Below, piece after piece: positions 40,250 through 49,815 of a DNA stretch of 64,000 nt. The stretch is taken from positions 2,758 to 66,757 of the forward strand of contig DAOUAK010000038.1 of NCBI GenBank assembly GCA_034433695.1, written 5' to 3'. A program made the translations under genes and the position numbers. The notes under the pieces were generated by a model. That model searched no databases. It worked only from the letters and a program-made list of their open reading frames with translations, and was not told the DNA's origin. This DNA comes from Chloroflexia bacterium. GTDB lineage: Bacteria > Chloroflexota > Chloroflexia > DTKN01. Positions within the stretch are counted from its first letter, which is position 1. Each line of letters opens with the position of its first letter.

Positions 40250-41968
40250 ATGGCCCGTCCTCGCCGTTTTGCGCCGTTCCTTCCCCCGGGCCCCCTCTTC
40301 GATGTGGGGGACCTGGCGGTGCTCGTCGCCCTGGCCGGCATCCTTTACCTGGGCGTGCGGGTAGCGATGGGCACGCCGGCGATCTTGCCGGGGCCGGAGA
40401 TTCGCCGGGAGGCCTGGGCCTTGCCCGTCTATGCCCTCTTCTCTCTGGGTCGGATGCTGGCGGCCTATATTCTCTCCCTGTCCTTCAGCCTCCTTTACGC
40501 CCGTATCGCCGCCCGGCGGGCGCTGGCCGGCCAGGTCATGCTTCCCCTCCTGGATGTATTGCAATCGGTGCCGATCCTTTCCTTCCTGCCGGTGGTGCTC
40601 CTCGGACTGTCGGCCGTCCTGCCTTCCGGTCTGGCGGCCGAACTGGCTGCCATCGTCCTCATCTTCACCAGCCAGGCCTGGAACCTGACCTTTTCCTTCT
40701 ACCAGGCCCTCCAGACCATCCCCAAGGAACTGGACGAAGCCGCCCGCACCTTTCGCCTGTCCGACTGGCTACGCTTTCGCCGACTGGAACTGCCCTTTGC
40801 CGCACCGGGCCTGATCTGGAACACCATCATGTCCTGGGCCGGCGGCTGGTTCTTCCTGATGGCCGCCGAATCCTACACAGTGGGAGAGCGGGACTTTCGC
40901 CTGCCCGGCCTGGGGGCCTACCTCCAGGAAGCCGCCCAGGCCGGAGACGTGCAGGCCCTTCTCCTGGGGGTAAGCGCCCTGGTCGTCCTGATCGTCCTCC
41001 TGGATCAACTGCTCTGGCGGCCGCTTTTGGCCTGGGGAGAACGCTTCCAACTGGAGATGGTCGAATCGCAAGAGCCGACCTCCTCCTGGCTCTATAGCCT
41101 CCTCCAGCGTTCACGTCTTCTTTCCGGACTCCAGCGCCGGCTGTTCCGGCCGCTCCTGGAATGGCTGGACATGCGTTTTTCCCGGCCGCCCCGGGAGATT
41201 GCGGAGGGGAATACGCCTTTACTGCGCCGGCTGGCCGTGTATACCCTGGGGGGTATCCTGGCCGGCGGCCTCCTCTATGGTGCCTTTTGGGCCGGCGGCT
41301 GGCTCCTTTCGTTGCCGGTAGCCACCTGGGGCGAGATCGCCCTGGGTACACTGGCTACTTTCCTGCGAGTCGCCGTGGCTATCGGCCTTTCCCTGCTCTG
41401 GACGGTGCCATTGGGCATCCTGATCGGCACCCGTCCTCGCCTGGCCGCCCTATTGCAGCCGGTGGTGCAAATTCTGGCTTCCGTCCCGGCCACGGCCCTC
41501 TTCCCCATCTTTCTCCTGCTCCTTTTGCGCCTGCCGGCCGGGTTACAAATTTCCTCCCTTCTCCTTCTGATGACCGGAAGCCAGTGGTACCTCCTCTTCA
41601 ATGTCATCGCCGGCGCCTCGGCCATCCCCCAGGACCTGGAATTCAGCACCAAACTCCTGGGAGTACACGGCTGGGGGCGATGGCGCATCCTCCTTCTGCC
41701 CGGCATCTTTCCCTACTTGGTGACCGGGATGATCACCGCCAGCGGCGGTGCCTGGAACGCCAGCATCGTCGCCGAATATGTGGTCTTTGGCGGGCAGAAG
41801 CAGAGCGTCACCGGCCTGGGGGGGCTGATCTCCCTGGCTACGGAAGAAGGAAACTATCCCCTCCTCCTGGCTGCGACGCTTACGATGATCGTTACCGTCG
41901 TGTTGCTCAACTGGCTCTTCTGGCGCCGGCTTTACCGCCGGGCCGAGGAACAGTATCGGATGGATTAG
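40250..41968 (+). CDS. ABC transporter permease, fused double permease (NitT/TauT-like)
   Basis: ATG follows GGAGGAGGAAG. Two tandem binding-protein-dependent permease modules are present (EAA-like ELDEAARTFRLSDWLRFRRLELP, and a second module near the C-terminus). Confidence 0.75.
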   Translation: MARPRRFAPFLPPGPLFDVGDLAVLVALAGILYLGVRVAMGTPAILPGPEIRREAWALPVYALFSLGRMLAAYILSLSFSLLYARIAARRALAGQVMLPLLDVLQSVPILSFLPVVLLGLSAVLPSGLAAELAAIVLIFTSQAWNLTFSFYQALQTIPKELDEAARTFRLSDWLRFRRLELPFAAPGLIWNTIMSWAGGWFFLMAAESYTVGERDFRLPGLGAYLQEAAQAGDVQALLLGVSALVVLIVLLDQLLWRPLLAWGERFQLEMVESQEPTSSWLYSLLQRSRLLSGLQRRLFRPLLEWLDMRFSRPPREIAEGNTPLLRRLAVYTLGGILAGGLLYGAFWAGGWLLSLPVATWGEIALGTLATFLRVAVAIGLSLLWTVPLGILIGTRPRLAALLQPVVQILASVPATALFPIFLLLLLRLPAGLQISSLLLLMTGSQWYLLFNVIAGASAIPQDLEFSTKLLGVHGWGRWRILLLPGIFPYLVTGMITASGGAWNASIVAEYVVFGGQKQSVTGLGGLISLATEEGNYPLLLAATLTMIVTVVLLNWLFWRRLYRRAEEQYRMD

Positions 41969-41980
41969 GGGAGGAAACCA

Positions 41981-43291
41981 ATGGCCCAGAACGGGGTTCT
42001 TCTGGAATTGCGCAACATCCGCCAGGTCTACGGACGCGGCCCTCGTGCCATCGTCGCCGTGGAGGGGGTTAATCTAACGGTGCGGCGGGGCGAGTTCGTA
42101 GCCCTGCTGGGACCTTCCGGCTGCGGAAAAAGCACCCTCCTGCGCATCATCGCCGGCCTGAACGTGCCTACGGAAGGGGAGGTGCTCTACCACGGCCGGC
42201 CGTTGCGGGGAGTCAACCCTCATGCTACCATCGTCTTCCAGACCTTTGCCCTTTTCCCCTGGCTGACGGTGCTCGAAAACGTCGAGGTGGCCCTCCAGGC
42301 CCGGGGCATCCCCTTGCCCGAGCGCCGGGAGCGGGCCCTGGCCCTCCTGGACAAGGTTGGTCTGGATGGCTTTGAAAACGCCTATCCCCGAGAACTTTCG
42401 GGGGGGATGCGTCAGAAGGTGGGTTTTGCCCGGGCCATGGCCGTCGAGCCGGAACTTTTGTGCCTGGACGAACCGTTTTCTGCCCTGGATGTGCTTAGCG
42501 CCGATGCCCTGCGGGGCGAACTCGTCGAACTGTGGACCGGAGGCCAGATTCCCACCCAGGCCATCATTCTGGTTACCCACAACATCGAGGAGGCCGTCTT
42601 CCTGGCCGACCGCATCGTGGTGATGGAGACGCGACCGGGGCGCATCGCCGCCGAGGTGGTGGTCGGTCTCCCCCATCCCCGCCAGCGCAAGGGAGAGGAT
42701 TTCCTGACCACCGTGGATCGGGTCTATGCGGCGGTGGCCGGCCAGACCCAGCCGCCGGCCGTGGAACTGGGCACGGCCCCCGGCGAGCCAGGCCGGACGC
42801 GGGCCCTGCCCCCGGCCTCCGTCAGTGCCCTCTCCGGGCTGATCGAGCACCTGGACGAAGAGGTGGGCAACCGGGAAGACCTCTACCGCCTGGCCGACGA
42901 CCTGCGCATGGAGATCGATGAACTCTTGCCGGTGGTGGAGGCCGGGGAACTGCTCAATTTCCTCCGGGTGGACCAGGGCGATGTCATCTTGACGCCGCTG
43001 GGAGAGACCTTCGCCGAGGCCAGCATCCTGGCCCGTAAGGAAATCTTTGCCTCCCGTGCCCGCCGCATCCCGCTCATCCGCTGGCTCCTGAAGGGGCTGC
43101 GGGCCGCCCCGGAGGGCCGGGTGCCGCGCCGGGTCTTCCAGGATGTCCTGGAGTGGGAGTTTACCCCGGAGGAGGCGAAGGTACAGATGGATCAGGCCAT
43201 CGCCTGGGGGCGCTACGGCGAACTCTTCGGCTACGACGACGACCGGGACCTGCTCTACCTGGAGACGAACGGCTCGGGATCGGCCGCCTGA
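41981..43291 (+). CDS. ABC transporter ATP-binding protein (NitT/TauT-like) with a C-terminal extension of about 170 aa (AAA-associated-domain-like)
   Basis: Walker [10 protein letters not shown], signature LSGGMRQKV, Walker [13 protein letters not shown]. The C-terminal extra domain contains [23 protein letters not shown]. Confidence 0.85.
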   Translation: MAQNGVLLELRNIRQVYGRGPRAIVAVEGVNLTVRRGEFVALLGPSGCGKSTLLRIIAGLNVPTEGEVLYHGRPLRGVNPHATIVFQTFALFPWLTVLENVEVALQARGIPLPERRERALALLDKVGLDGFENAYPRELSGGMRQKVGFARAMAVEPELLCLDEPFSALDVLSADALRGELVELWTGGQIPTQAIILVTHNIEEAVFLADRIVVMETRPGRIAAEVVVGLPHPRQRKGEDFLTTVDRVYAAVAGQTQPPAVELGTAPGEPGRTRALPPASVSALSGLIEHLDEEVGNREDLYRLADDLRMEIDELLPVVEAGELLNFLRVDQGDVILTPLGETFAEASILARKEIFASRARRIPLIRWLLKGLRAAPEGRVPRRVFQDVLEWEFTPEEAKVQMDQAIAWGRYGELFGYDDDRDLLYLETNGSGSAA

Positions 43292-43301
43292 TTCCCCGGA
43301 A

Positions 43302-43802
43302 TTATTGCCCACAATAGGGGCAGACCGTCCAGGTCAGGTCCATCAATCGGCCGCAGGACAGACACTTTTTCCGAAGCGGGGTATGGCAATGGGGGCAGAG
43401 GATAAAGTCCGGTTCCACCCCCCGCTGGCAGGTGGGACAGAGGGGACGCTCCTCGATATCCTGCATGATGTATTCTCTCTCCAGGGCACGGGCGTAGCCC
43501 TCGGCCAGCGTCTCCCGGGGGCGGAACAGGAGGTAAAGCCAGTAACCGGGGAGAAAGAGAAGGAGCACCACCAAGGTGGCCAGGAGTTGCGCCGGCAGAC
43601 TCTCGCTGCGGGCACGGACATCCTGATAGGTCCAGACCACCAGGCCCAACCACACAACGGCCAGATAAATGCCCAGGACATAGCCAACGATCTCCAGGAT
43701 GGGCAAAGCCCGGGCCAGGAAAAGTTGGATCTCGGGGGGAAGGAACGACATTGTCGTCGTTTCGGTAACGGTTTGGGCCAGATGCAAACCCCAGGGTTCC
43801 AT
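43302..43802 (-). CDS. Membrane protein with a C-terminal double zinc ribbon
   Basis: ATG 43802 follows AAGGAGG. The protein has two TM segments, then CPTCQRGVEPDFILCPHCHTPLRKKCLSCGRLMDLTWTVCPYCGQ. Confidence 0.65.
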   Translation of the reverse strand: MEPWGLHLAQTVTETTTMSFLPPEIQLFLARALPILEIVGYVLGIYLAVVWLGLVVWTYQDVRARSESLPAQLLATLVVLLLFLPGYWLYLLFRPRETLAEGYARALEREYIMQDIEERPLCPTCQRGVEPDFILCPHCHTPLRKKCLSCGRLMDLTWTVCPYCGQ

Positions 43803-43881
43803 CAAAGAAAGCCTCCTTCGTCCATCGCAAATTCGCACCGAAATCGGCGGAAAATCATCCCGGCTTGAAACGGACAACGTT

Positions 43882-44232
43882 CTACCGATCGACGGTATCC
43901 AGTTGTCGCCATTCTTCGATCGGCAGGATAAAGACATGGGCGCCGCCGACCTGCACCTCCACCGGAGCGGGAGGGAAGAGCCCGCCGGTTTCCAGAAGCG
44001 GGGAGACCGGGCTCAGGTAACGGGTGCGGGCGTGGCAGTGGGTCCGAATCACCTCCAGGGCCTTTTCCACGGCCCCTTCGTCCCCGGCCAGGAGGAGGGT
44101 ATCGTTGGCTTCCATCAGAAAGCCGCCGATGCTGGCCACGTGGGTGAAGTTGAACCCGGCCTCTCCCAGTGCCCGGCCCAGTTCTTCCAAATCCCGTCGC
44201 TGGATAATGGCGATCAGGAGTTTCAAGGCCAC
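43882..44232 (-). CDS. PII-like cyclic-di-AMP receptor (DarA/PstA/YaaQ family)
   Basis: 116 aa. [10 protein letters not shown]...ASIGGFL...[18 protein letters not shown] matches the DarA pattern as I recall it. The gene overlaps the upstream gene by 10 nt. Confidence 0.75.
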   Translation of the reverse strand: MALKLLIAIIQRRDLEELGRALGEAGFNFTHVASIGGFLMEANDTLLLAGDEGAVEKALEVIRTHCHARTRYLSPVSPLLETGGLFPPAPVEVQVGGAHVFILPIEEWRQLDTVDR

Positions 44233-45896
44233 GGTTCCCCCCCTTCTTCCCGGCGAAAGATGCGCACTCGACGTTTGGGTTCCTGCCCCTGGCTGGCCGA
44301 AGCCAGGCGGTAGCGCTCGATCATCTGGTGTTGCAGCCGGCGGATGTAGGCGTTCTGGGGTGCCAGTTCCACCTCTTCCCGTTCGCCGCTGAGCACCTGC
44401 CGGATGGCCTCCTCGGTCTCCTGCAAGGCCCGGAGAACGTCTCCTTCGGTGGGGCTGCGGCGTTCGGAGAGTAGGTGCAGGCAGTTCTCCATCTGCACGG
44501 CGGTGTTGGCCTTGAGGACATAGATGGGGACGCCGGCCTCCTCGGCCTCGCGCAACCGGCGGGGAGACTGGCGATAATATCCCTGGAGGGTGATCACGGC
44601 CTGGGCCTGGGCCAGTTCATCCACTAGGACGACCGGCATCTGGAGCAGGCGGGCAGCCCGGGCCAGGCGCTTCCGGTTGACTCCGAACGGGTAGATGCGC
44701 AGCGGCGTATCGGGGGTAGGCGAGGGGGATTCTTTTTCCTCCTTTACGGCCGGCGGATATCCTTCTTTTCGAGGCAAAACCCGACGGCCGGCCTCGGCGT
44801 GGCGTCTTTCCAGACCGCCGCCGAAGTAATTCCGCTCGATCCAGCGTTCGATCTGGCCGTCCTCGCGGCGGTGGCGAATCTCCGCCGGGGCCGGAAAGCC
44901 GCGCAGGAGCGAATCGACCACCTCGGCCACGTTGCGATGGACGGCCACCGTGTCCCAGTCCTGAATCTCCACCACGATGTCAAAGGTCGGCGGGGCCTTG
45001 CGTTCCAGGATGGTCTTCTGGGTTCCCCGCCGACGGGCCTCCTCATCGCCCAGCGTGACCGGCTGGATGCCCCCCAAAAGGTCGGAAAGGGTTGGGTTGA
45101 GCATCAGGTTCTCCAGGGTATTGCCGTGGGCCGTGGCCACCAGTTGCACGCCCCGCTCGGCGATGGTGCGGGCCGCCGCCGCCTCCAGTTCGGTGCCGAT
45201 CTCGTCAATGATGATGACCTCGGGCATATGGTTTTCCACCGCCTCGATCATCACCGCGTGCTGACGGTCGGGGCTGGGCACCTGCATCCGGCGGGCCCGG
45301 CCGATGGCCGGGTGAGGGATGTCACCGTCGCCGCCGATCTCGTTGGAGGTATCCACAATGATGACCCGCTTGCGAAAGTCGTCGGCCAGCACGCGGGCCA
45401 CCTCGCGGAGCATGGTCGTCTTGCCCACTCCCGGTCGGCCCAGGAGGAGGATGCTCTGTCCCGTCTCGATGAGGTCCTGGATGACGGCGATCGTCCCGTA
45501 GACGGCCCGTCCCACCCGGCAGGTCAGGCCGATAATGCGGCCGTCCCGGCTGCGGATGGCGGAGATGCGGTGCAGGGTCCGGGCGATACCGGCACGGTTG
45601 TCGCCGCTGAAGAGGCTGATGCGGGCCAGGACGTAATCCAGGTCCTCCTGGGTGACCTCCCGTTCGCTCAGGATGACTTCGCGGCCCGGGAAACGGGCCT
45701 CCGGCGGCCGGCCCAGGTCCAGCACGATCTCCAGGAGTTCGCTCAGTTCAGGCTCCCGACGCAGGGGGTCGTGGAGGCGGGGAGGGATGGCCTCTAGAAG
45801 GGCATCCAGGTCATCGGTCACCCGTTTCTGAACCACCGGAAGTTCCGGTGGATCGGAAGGTATCCTTTCTCTTCGAATGGTTACCGGAATCTTCAT
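44223..45896 (-). CDS. AAA ATPase with a C-terminal R3H domain (Ycf45 / SpoIIIAA-like)
   Basis: ATG 45896 overlaps the upstream TGA (ATGA). Walker [10 protein letters not shown], Walker B VIIIDEIG, and an R3H-like C-terminus ([21 protein letters not shown]). The longer 787-aa ORF extension in the track is rejected. Confidence 0.8.
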   Translation of the reverse strand: MKIPVTIRRERIPSDPPELPVVQKRVTDDLDALLEAIPPRLHDPLRREPELSELLEIVLDLGRPPEARFPGREVILSEREVTQEDLDYVLARISLFSGDNRAGIARTLHRISAIRSRDGRIIGLTCRVGRAVYGTIAVIQDLIETGQSILLLGRPGVGKTTMLREVARVLADDFRKRVIIVDTSNEIGGDGDIPHPAIGRARRMQVPSPDRQHAVMIEAVENHMPEVIIIDEIGTELEAAAARTIAERGVQLVATAHGNTLENLMLNPTLSDLLGGIQPVTLGDEEARRRGTQKTILERKAPPTFDIVVEIQDWDTVAVHRNVAEVVDSLLRGFPAPAEIRHRREDGQIERWIERNYFGGGLERRHAEAGRRVLPRKEGYPPAVKEEKESPSPTPDTPLRIYPFGVNRKRLARAARLLQMPVVLVDELAQAQAVITLQGYYRQSPRRLREAEEAGVPIYVLKANTAVQMENCLHLLSERRSPTEGDVLRALQETEEAIRQVLSGEREEVELAPQNAYIRRLQHQMIERYRLASASQGQEPKRRVRIFRREEGGEPWP

Positions 45897-46843
45897 ATTT
45901 TCCCCAAAGACGGCGTGCTCGGCGCCGTTCCAAGAGGCGCTCCGGCCCGACGGCCGGGAAGCGCCTGACGTTGTTCGACCCGCACGGCCAGGTTTTTGGC
46001 CAGGAGGATTTGTTCGGCATAGAGACGAAAGCCCAGACGGCGGGCCACTTCCAGAAGTTCGCCCTGGTAAGAGCGCAGGACCAGGTAGACGGGGGGAGAA
46101 GCCCGTCGCAACCCCCAGACGAGCACATCTGGAGCACCTTGACGAAAGGCCGGCTCCAGAAGCACTTCCAGACGGGTGCCCCCTGTTCCCCGGGCGCAAC
46201 GCAGGTACGCCCGGACGCGGCCCTGTTCCGGCCAGATCCAGGCCTCCTCCCCCGGCCCGGCCCGCCAAAAGGCTGGATCGCGGCCCTCCACCTGTTGAAC
46301 GATGGGGGGAGTCAGGCCGGCATATAGCCCCTGCACCGCTGCCAGCATGTCGGGCTGGAGGGGTTGGGGTCTCGAGCGCGGGTGGACTTCTGGTCGGCTG
46401 CCCTCCTCCCTGAGCAGGATCATCTCCTGGGCAAAGGGGGCAAACCCGGCCCGCTGGAAGAGTTCCAGGTACTCCTCCTCCGGCAGACGGGCCAGCAGGC
46501 GCACTTGTCCCCGCCGGCCGGCCTCCATCCCCAGGCCGTGCAAGAGTTCTTCCCAGGCGTCCTCGACCGCCTCCTCGGCGGTCCACAGCCCCAGGTAGCC
46601 GACCTCCCAGGCCCCTTTTTGCCGGCCTTCCCGGGCCTGGGCGCAGGCCAGAACCTTTCCTCCTTCCCGGCAGAGCAGGGTGTACGACGGCTTCCCCAGG
46701 TGGAGGCAGGAACTGAGCAGGCCGCGCCAGGGATGGTAGGAAAAGACCCGATGCTGCACCAGGTCCAGGGATAAGGATACCTGGGGGGGAATGCCCAGCG
46801 TCACCAGGTCCAGCAAGGTGGCCGGCCGAATCTGCCGTTCCAT
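45893..46843 (-). CDS. Hypothetical protein, possibly a tandem GNAT-like acetyltransferase fold
   Basis: The translation is protein-like, whereas the overlapping frame is Pro/Gly/Arg-rich junk. The GNAT assignment is weak ([19 protein letters not shown]). Confidence 0.5.
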   Translation of the reverse strand: MERQIRPATLLDLVTLGIPPQVSLSLDLVQHRVFSYHPWRGLLSSCLHLGKPSYTLLCREGGKVLACAQAREGRQKGAWEVGYLGLWTAEEAVEDAWEELLHGLGMEAGRRGQVRLLARLPEEEYLELFQRAGFAPFAQEMILLREEGSRPEVHPRSRPQPLQPDMLAAVQGLYAGLTPPIVQQVEGRDPAFWRAGPGEEAWIWPEQGRVRAYLRCARGTGGTRLEVLLEPAFRQGAPDVLVWGLRRASPPVYLVLRSYQGELLEVARRLGFRLYAEQILLAKNLAVRVEQRQALPGRRAGAPLGTAPSTPSLGKI

Positions 46844-46847
46844 CCTC

Positions 46848-47423
46848 CTACCCCGTCATCTCCAGAAAATAGCGGTGAAACCGCTCGTCTTCGGTCAGTT
46901 CGGGGTGAAAGGCCGTCCCCAGAAGTCGGCCTTGTTGCACGGCCACCACCCGTCCGTCCTCCAGGCGGGCCAGGACCTCCACCTCCGCTCCCCACTCCTG
47001 CACATAGGGGGCGCGGATGAAGACTCCCCGGAAGGGTGGCGGACCCAGCCGTTCCACCTCCAGGTCGGTTTCGAAACTATCCAACTGCCGGCCGAACCCG
47101 TTGCGCACCACGACGACATCCAGAAGGCCCAGGAGGGGCTGGTGGGGAACCCCACCCAGGGCCGCGCGGGCCAGGAGGATCAACCCGGCGCAGGTGCCCC
47201 AGATGGGTTTCCCCTCCCGGGCCAGGGAGAGGATGGCTTCGTCCAGGCGGTAGGCCACCGCCAATTTGCCGATGGTCGTGCTCTCCCCGCCCGGAAGGAT
47301 CAGGCCGTCCAGCCCCTCCAGGTGCTCCGGCAAACGGACTTCCCGGGTCTCTACCCCGATGCGGCGGAGCATGGCGATATGCTCCTGAAAATCTCCCTGA
47401 AGGGCCAGGACACCGATTCGCAT
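46848..47423 (-). CDS. pdxT: Pyridoxal 5'-phosphate synthase glutaminase subunit
   Basis: [19 protein letters not shown], catalytic Cys in [10 protein letters not shown], and FHPELT. Confidence 0.92.
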   Translation of the reverse strand: MRIGVLALQGDFQEHIAMLRRIGVETREVRLPEHLEGLDGLILPGGESTTIGKLAVAYRLDEAILSLAREGKPIWGTCAGLILLARAALGGVPHQPLLGLLDVVVVRNGFGRQLDSFETDLEVERLGPPPFRGVFIRAPYVQEWGAEVEVLARLEDGRVVAVQQGRLLGTAFHPELTEDERFHRYFLEMTG

Positions 47424-47444
47424 ACCTTGCCTCCGTGCCGGCTT

Positions 47445-48332
47445 CTACCATCCCCGGCCGGCCAGCCGCTCCGTGGCCGGAATGGCGGCGATCTCCAGGC
47501 CGGGCATGGCCTCGCCCAAGCCCCGGGAGACCTCGGCGATGATGGCCGGGTCGCGGAAGTGGGTGGTGGCGGCGACTATGGCTTTGGCCCGGCGGAAGGG
47601 GTCGCTGCTCTTGAAGATGCCGGAGCCCACAAAGACGCCGTCCATGCCCAGTTGCATCATCAGGGCCGCGTCGGCCGGCGTGGCGATACCGCCGGCGGCG
47701 AAGTTGACCACGGGCAGCCGGCCGGTGCGGGCCACTTCCACCACGAGTTCGTAAGGCGCGCCCATCTCCTTGGCGGCGTGCATCAGTTCCTCCGGGGCCA
47801 TGCTTTGCAGCCGGCGAATTTCCCCCAGCACGGCCCGGGCATGGCGCACCGCCTCGACGATGTTGCCGGTGCCGGCCTCACCCTTGGTGCGAATCATGGC
47901 TGCCCCCTCGGCAATCCGGCGCAACGCCTCCCCCAGGTTGCGGCAACCGCAGACAAAGGGCACCCGGAAGGCGTGTTTGTCAATGTGATGCTCTTCGTCG
48001 GCGGGGGTGAGGACCTCGCTTTCATCAATGTAATCCACCCCCAGCGCCTCCAGCACCTGGGCCTCGACAAAGTGACCGATGCGGCATTTGGCCATCACCG
48101 GGATGCTGACGGCATCCATGATCTTCAGGATGAGTTCGGGGTCGCTCATCCGGGCCACGCCCCCGTGGGCGCGGATATCGGCCGGCACCCGCTCCAGGGC
48201 CATGACCGCCACCGCACCGGCCTCCTCGGCGATTCGGGCGTGTTCCGGCGTGACCACGTCCATAATCACGCCCCCCTTGAGCATCTGGGCCAGCCCGACC
48301 TTGGTCCTCCAGGTAGATTTTTCCATCATCAT
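47445..48332 (-). CDS. pdxS: Pyridoxal 5'-phosphate synthase lyase subunit
   Basis: [40 protein letters not shown]. Confidence 0.95.
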   Translation of the reverse strand: MMMEKSTWRTKVGLAQMLKGGVIMDVVTPEHARIAEEAGAVAVMALERVPADIRAHGGVARMSDPELILKIMDAVSIPVMAKCRIGHFVEAQVLEALGVDYIDESEVLTPADEEHHIDKHAFRVPFVCGCRNLGEALRRIAEGAAMIRTKGEAGTGNIVEAVRHARAVLGEIRRLQSMAPEELMHAAKEMGAPYELVVEVARTGRLPVVNFAAGGIATPADAALMMQLGMDGVFVGSGIFKSSDPFRRAKAIVAATTHFRDPAIIAEVSRGLGEAMPGLEIAAIPATERLAGRGW

Positions 48333-48404
48333 TCACCTCCTCGCGCACCGTTGCGCTTGACCCTGACATCCCTGTCGTGCCGTCCGGCTCTACCGGACAT
48401 TTCT

Positions 48405-48433
48405 ATTGTACTACACTCCCATCCGACCTGCAA
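48405..48433 (-). promoter_or_regulatory. Promoter candidate for pdxST
   Basis: On the minus strand, TTGCAG (48433-48428), a 17-nt spacer, then TACAAT (48410-48405). Confidence 0.55.
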
Positions 48434-48438
48434 CTGGC

Positions 48439-48467
48439 TTGCATTCTGGCCGGAAATCCCGTATAAT
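48439..48467 (+). promoter_or_regulatory. Promoter candidate for rpsA
   Basis: TTGCAT (48439-48444), a 17-nt spacer, then TATAAT (48462-48467). It sits back-to-back with the pdxS promoter. Confidence 0.65.
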
Positions 48468-48531
48468 AAGAAGTAGCAGGACCTTTCCACCCGGAAAGGG
48501 TCCTGAATCCGATGACCTTGAGGAGCGGGGT

Positions 48532-49776
48532 ATGGTCGAAAGCACCTATACCGAGGGAACTCAACCGACCCAAGAGGGCTGCCGTCCACCGGAAGTTGTT
48601 GCCCGTGGAGAAAGTGTGAGCGCCGGAGCCGTTTCCCCCGGGTCCGGCAGCGAGGAGGCCTGGCTTCGGATGCTGGAAGACCCCAACTATACGTACTCTG
48701 CCATGAACTATGGGGATGTCATCGAAGGCACGGTGATGGAGATCGGCCGGGACGAAATCCTGGTGGACATCGGGACCAAGTCCGAAGGCGTGGTTCCCAG
48801 CCGCGAGTTCCGCAAGGCGGCCCAGGCCGGAGAACTGGAGGGCTTGAAGGTCGGCTCCCCCGTCCTGGTCTTTGTCCTGCGGGCCGAAGATGAGGAAGGC
48901 CGGGCCCTTCTCTCCATCGACCGGGCGCGCCATGAAAAGAGCTGGCGCTGGCTGGAGGAAATTTACCGGAAGGGCGAGTTGATCGAGGCCACCGTAGACG
49001 GCTATAACAAAGGGGGAGTGCTGGTCAACTTGCGCGGCATACGGGGCTTTGTCCCTATTTCCCAGATCGCCGGGATGGGAAACCGGCGGAACCCTTCCCC
49101 GGAGGTGATGGCCCAGATGGTGGGCCAGACCCTCCCGCTGAAGGTGATCGAACTCAACCGCCGACGCAACCGGCTGGTCCTTTCCCAGCGCCAGGCCCTC
49201 CAGGAGCACCGGGAGAGCCGCAAGGAGGAACTGCTGGAAACGCTGGAGGTGGGCAAAATCTACCACGGCGTGGTCAGCAGCATCTGTAACTTTGGCGTCT
49301 TTGTGGACCTGGGTGGCGCCGACGGCCTGGTTCACCTCTCGGAACTCTCCTGGAAACGGGTGGATGACCCCGCCGAGGTCGTCCAGGTCGGCCAGGAAGT
49401 GGATGTCTACGTCCTGGGGGTGGATCGCGAGCGCAAGCGCATTGCCCTGAGTATGCGGCGTGCCCAGCCGGAACCTTGGGAAACGATTGCCGAACGGTAT
49501 CAACTGGGGCAGTTGGTCCAGGGCAAAGTGACTCAACTGGCTTCTTTCGGGGCCTTTGTCCAGATCGAGGAGGGGATCGAGGGGCTGGTGCACCTTTCCG
49601 AACTTTCCGATACCCCGGTGTCCCATCCTCGTGAGGTGGTCCAGGAGGGGGATGTGGTCACGCTGCGGGTGATCCGGATCGATCCGGCCCACCGCCGCAT
49701 CGGCCTGAGCCTGCGCCGGGCCCAGCATGATATGGGAGACCAAGTCGCGGAGACGGGGTCGGAGCAGGCCGGATAG
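48532..49776 (+). CDS. rpsA: 30S ribosomal protein S1 (four S1 domains)
   Basis: ATG 48532 follows GAGGAG. S1 repeats include GDVIEGTV..., GFVPISQ, GKIYHGVVSSICNFGVFVDLGGADGLVHLSE and GQLVQGKVTQLASFGAFVQIEEGIEGLVHLSE. Confidence 0.9.
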   Translation: MVESTYTEGTQPTQEGCRPPEVVARGESVSAGAVSPGSGSEEAWLRMLEDPNYTYSAMNYGDVIEGTVMEIGRDEILVDIGTKSEGVVPSREFRKAAQAGELEGLKVGSPVLVFVLRAEDEEGRALLSIDRARHEKSWRWLEEIYRKGELIEATVDGYNKGGVLVNLRGIRGFVPISQIAGMGNRRNPSPEVMAQMVGQTLPLKVIELNRRRNRLVLSQRQALQEHRESRKEELLETLEVGKIYHGVVSSICNFGVFVDLGGADGLVHLSELSWKRVDDPAEVVQVGQEVDVYVLGVDRERKRIALSMRRAQPEPWETIAERYQLGQLVQGKVTQLASFGAFVQIEEGIEGLVHLSELSDTPVSHPREVVQEGDVVTLRVIRIDPAHRRIGLSLRRAQHDMGDQVAETGSEQAG

Positions 49777-49815
49777 TTGGGATATGGGCCATCCGGGTTG
49801 CCGAGGAGGACGTGA

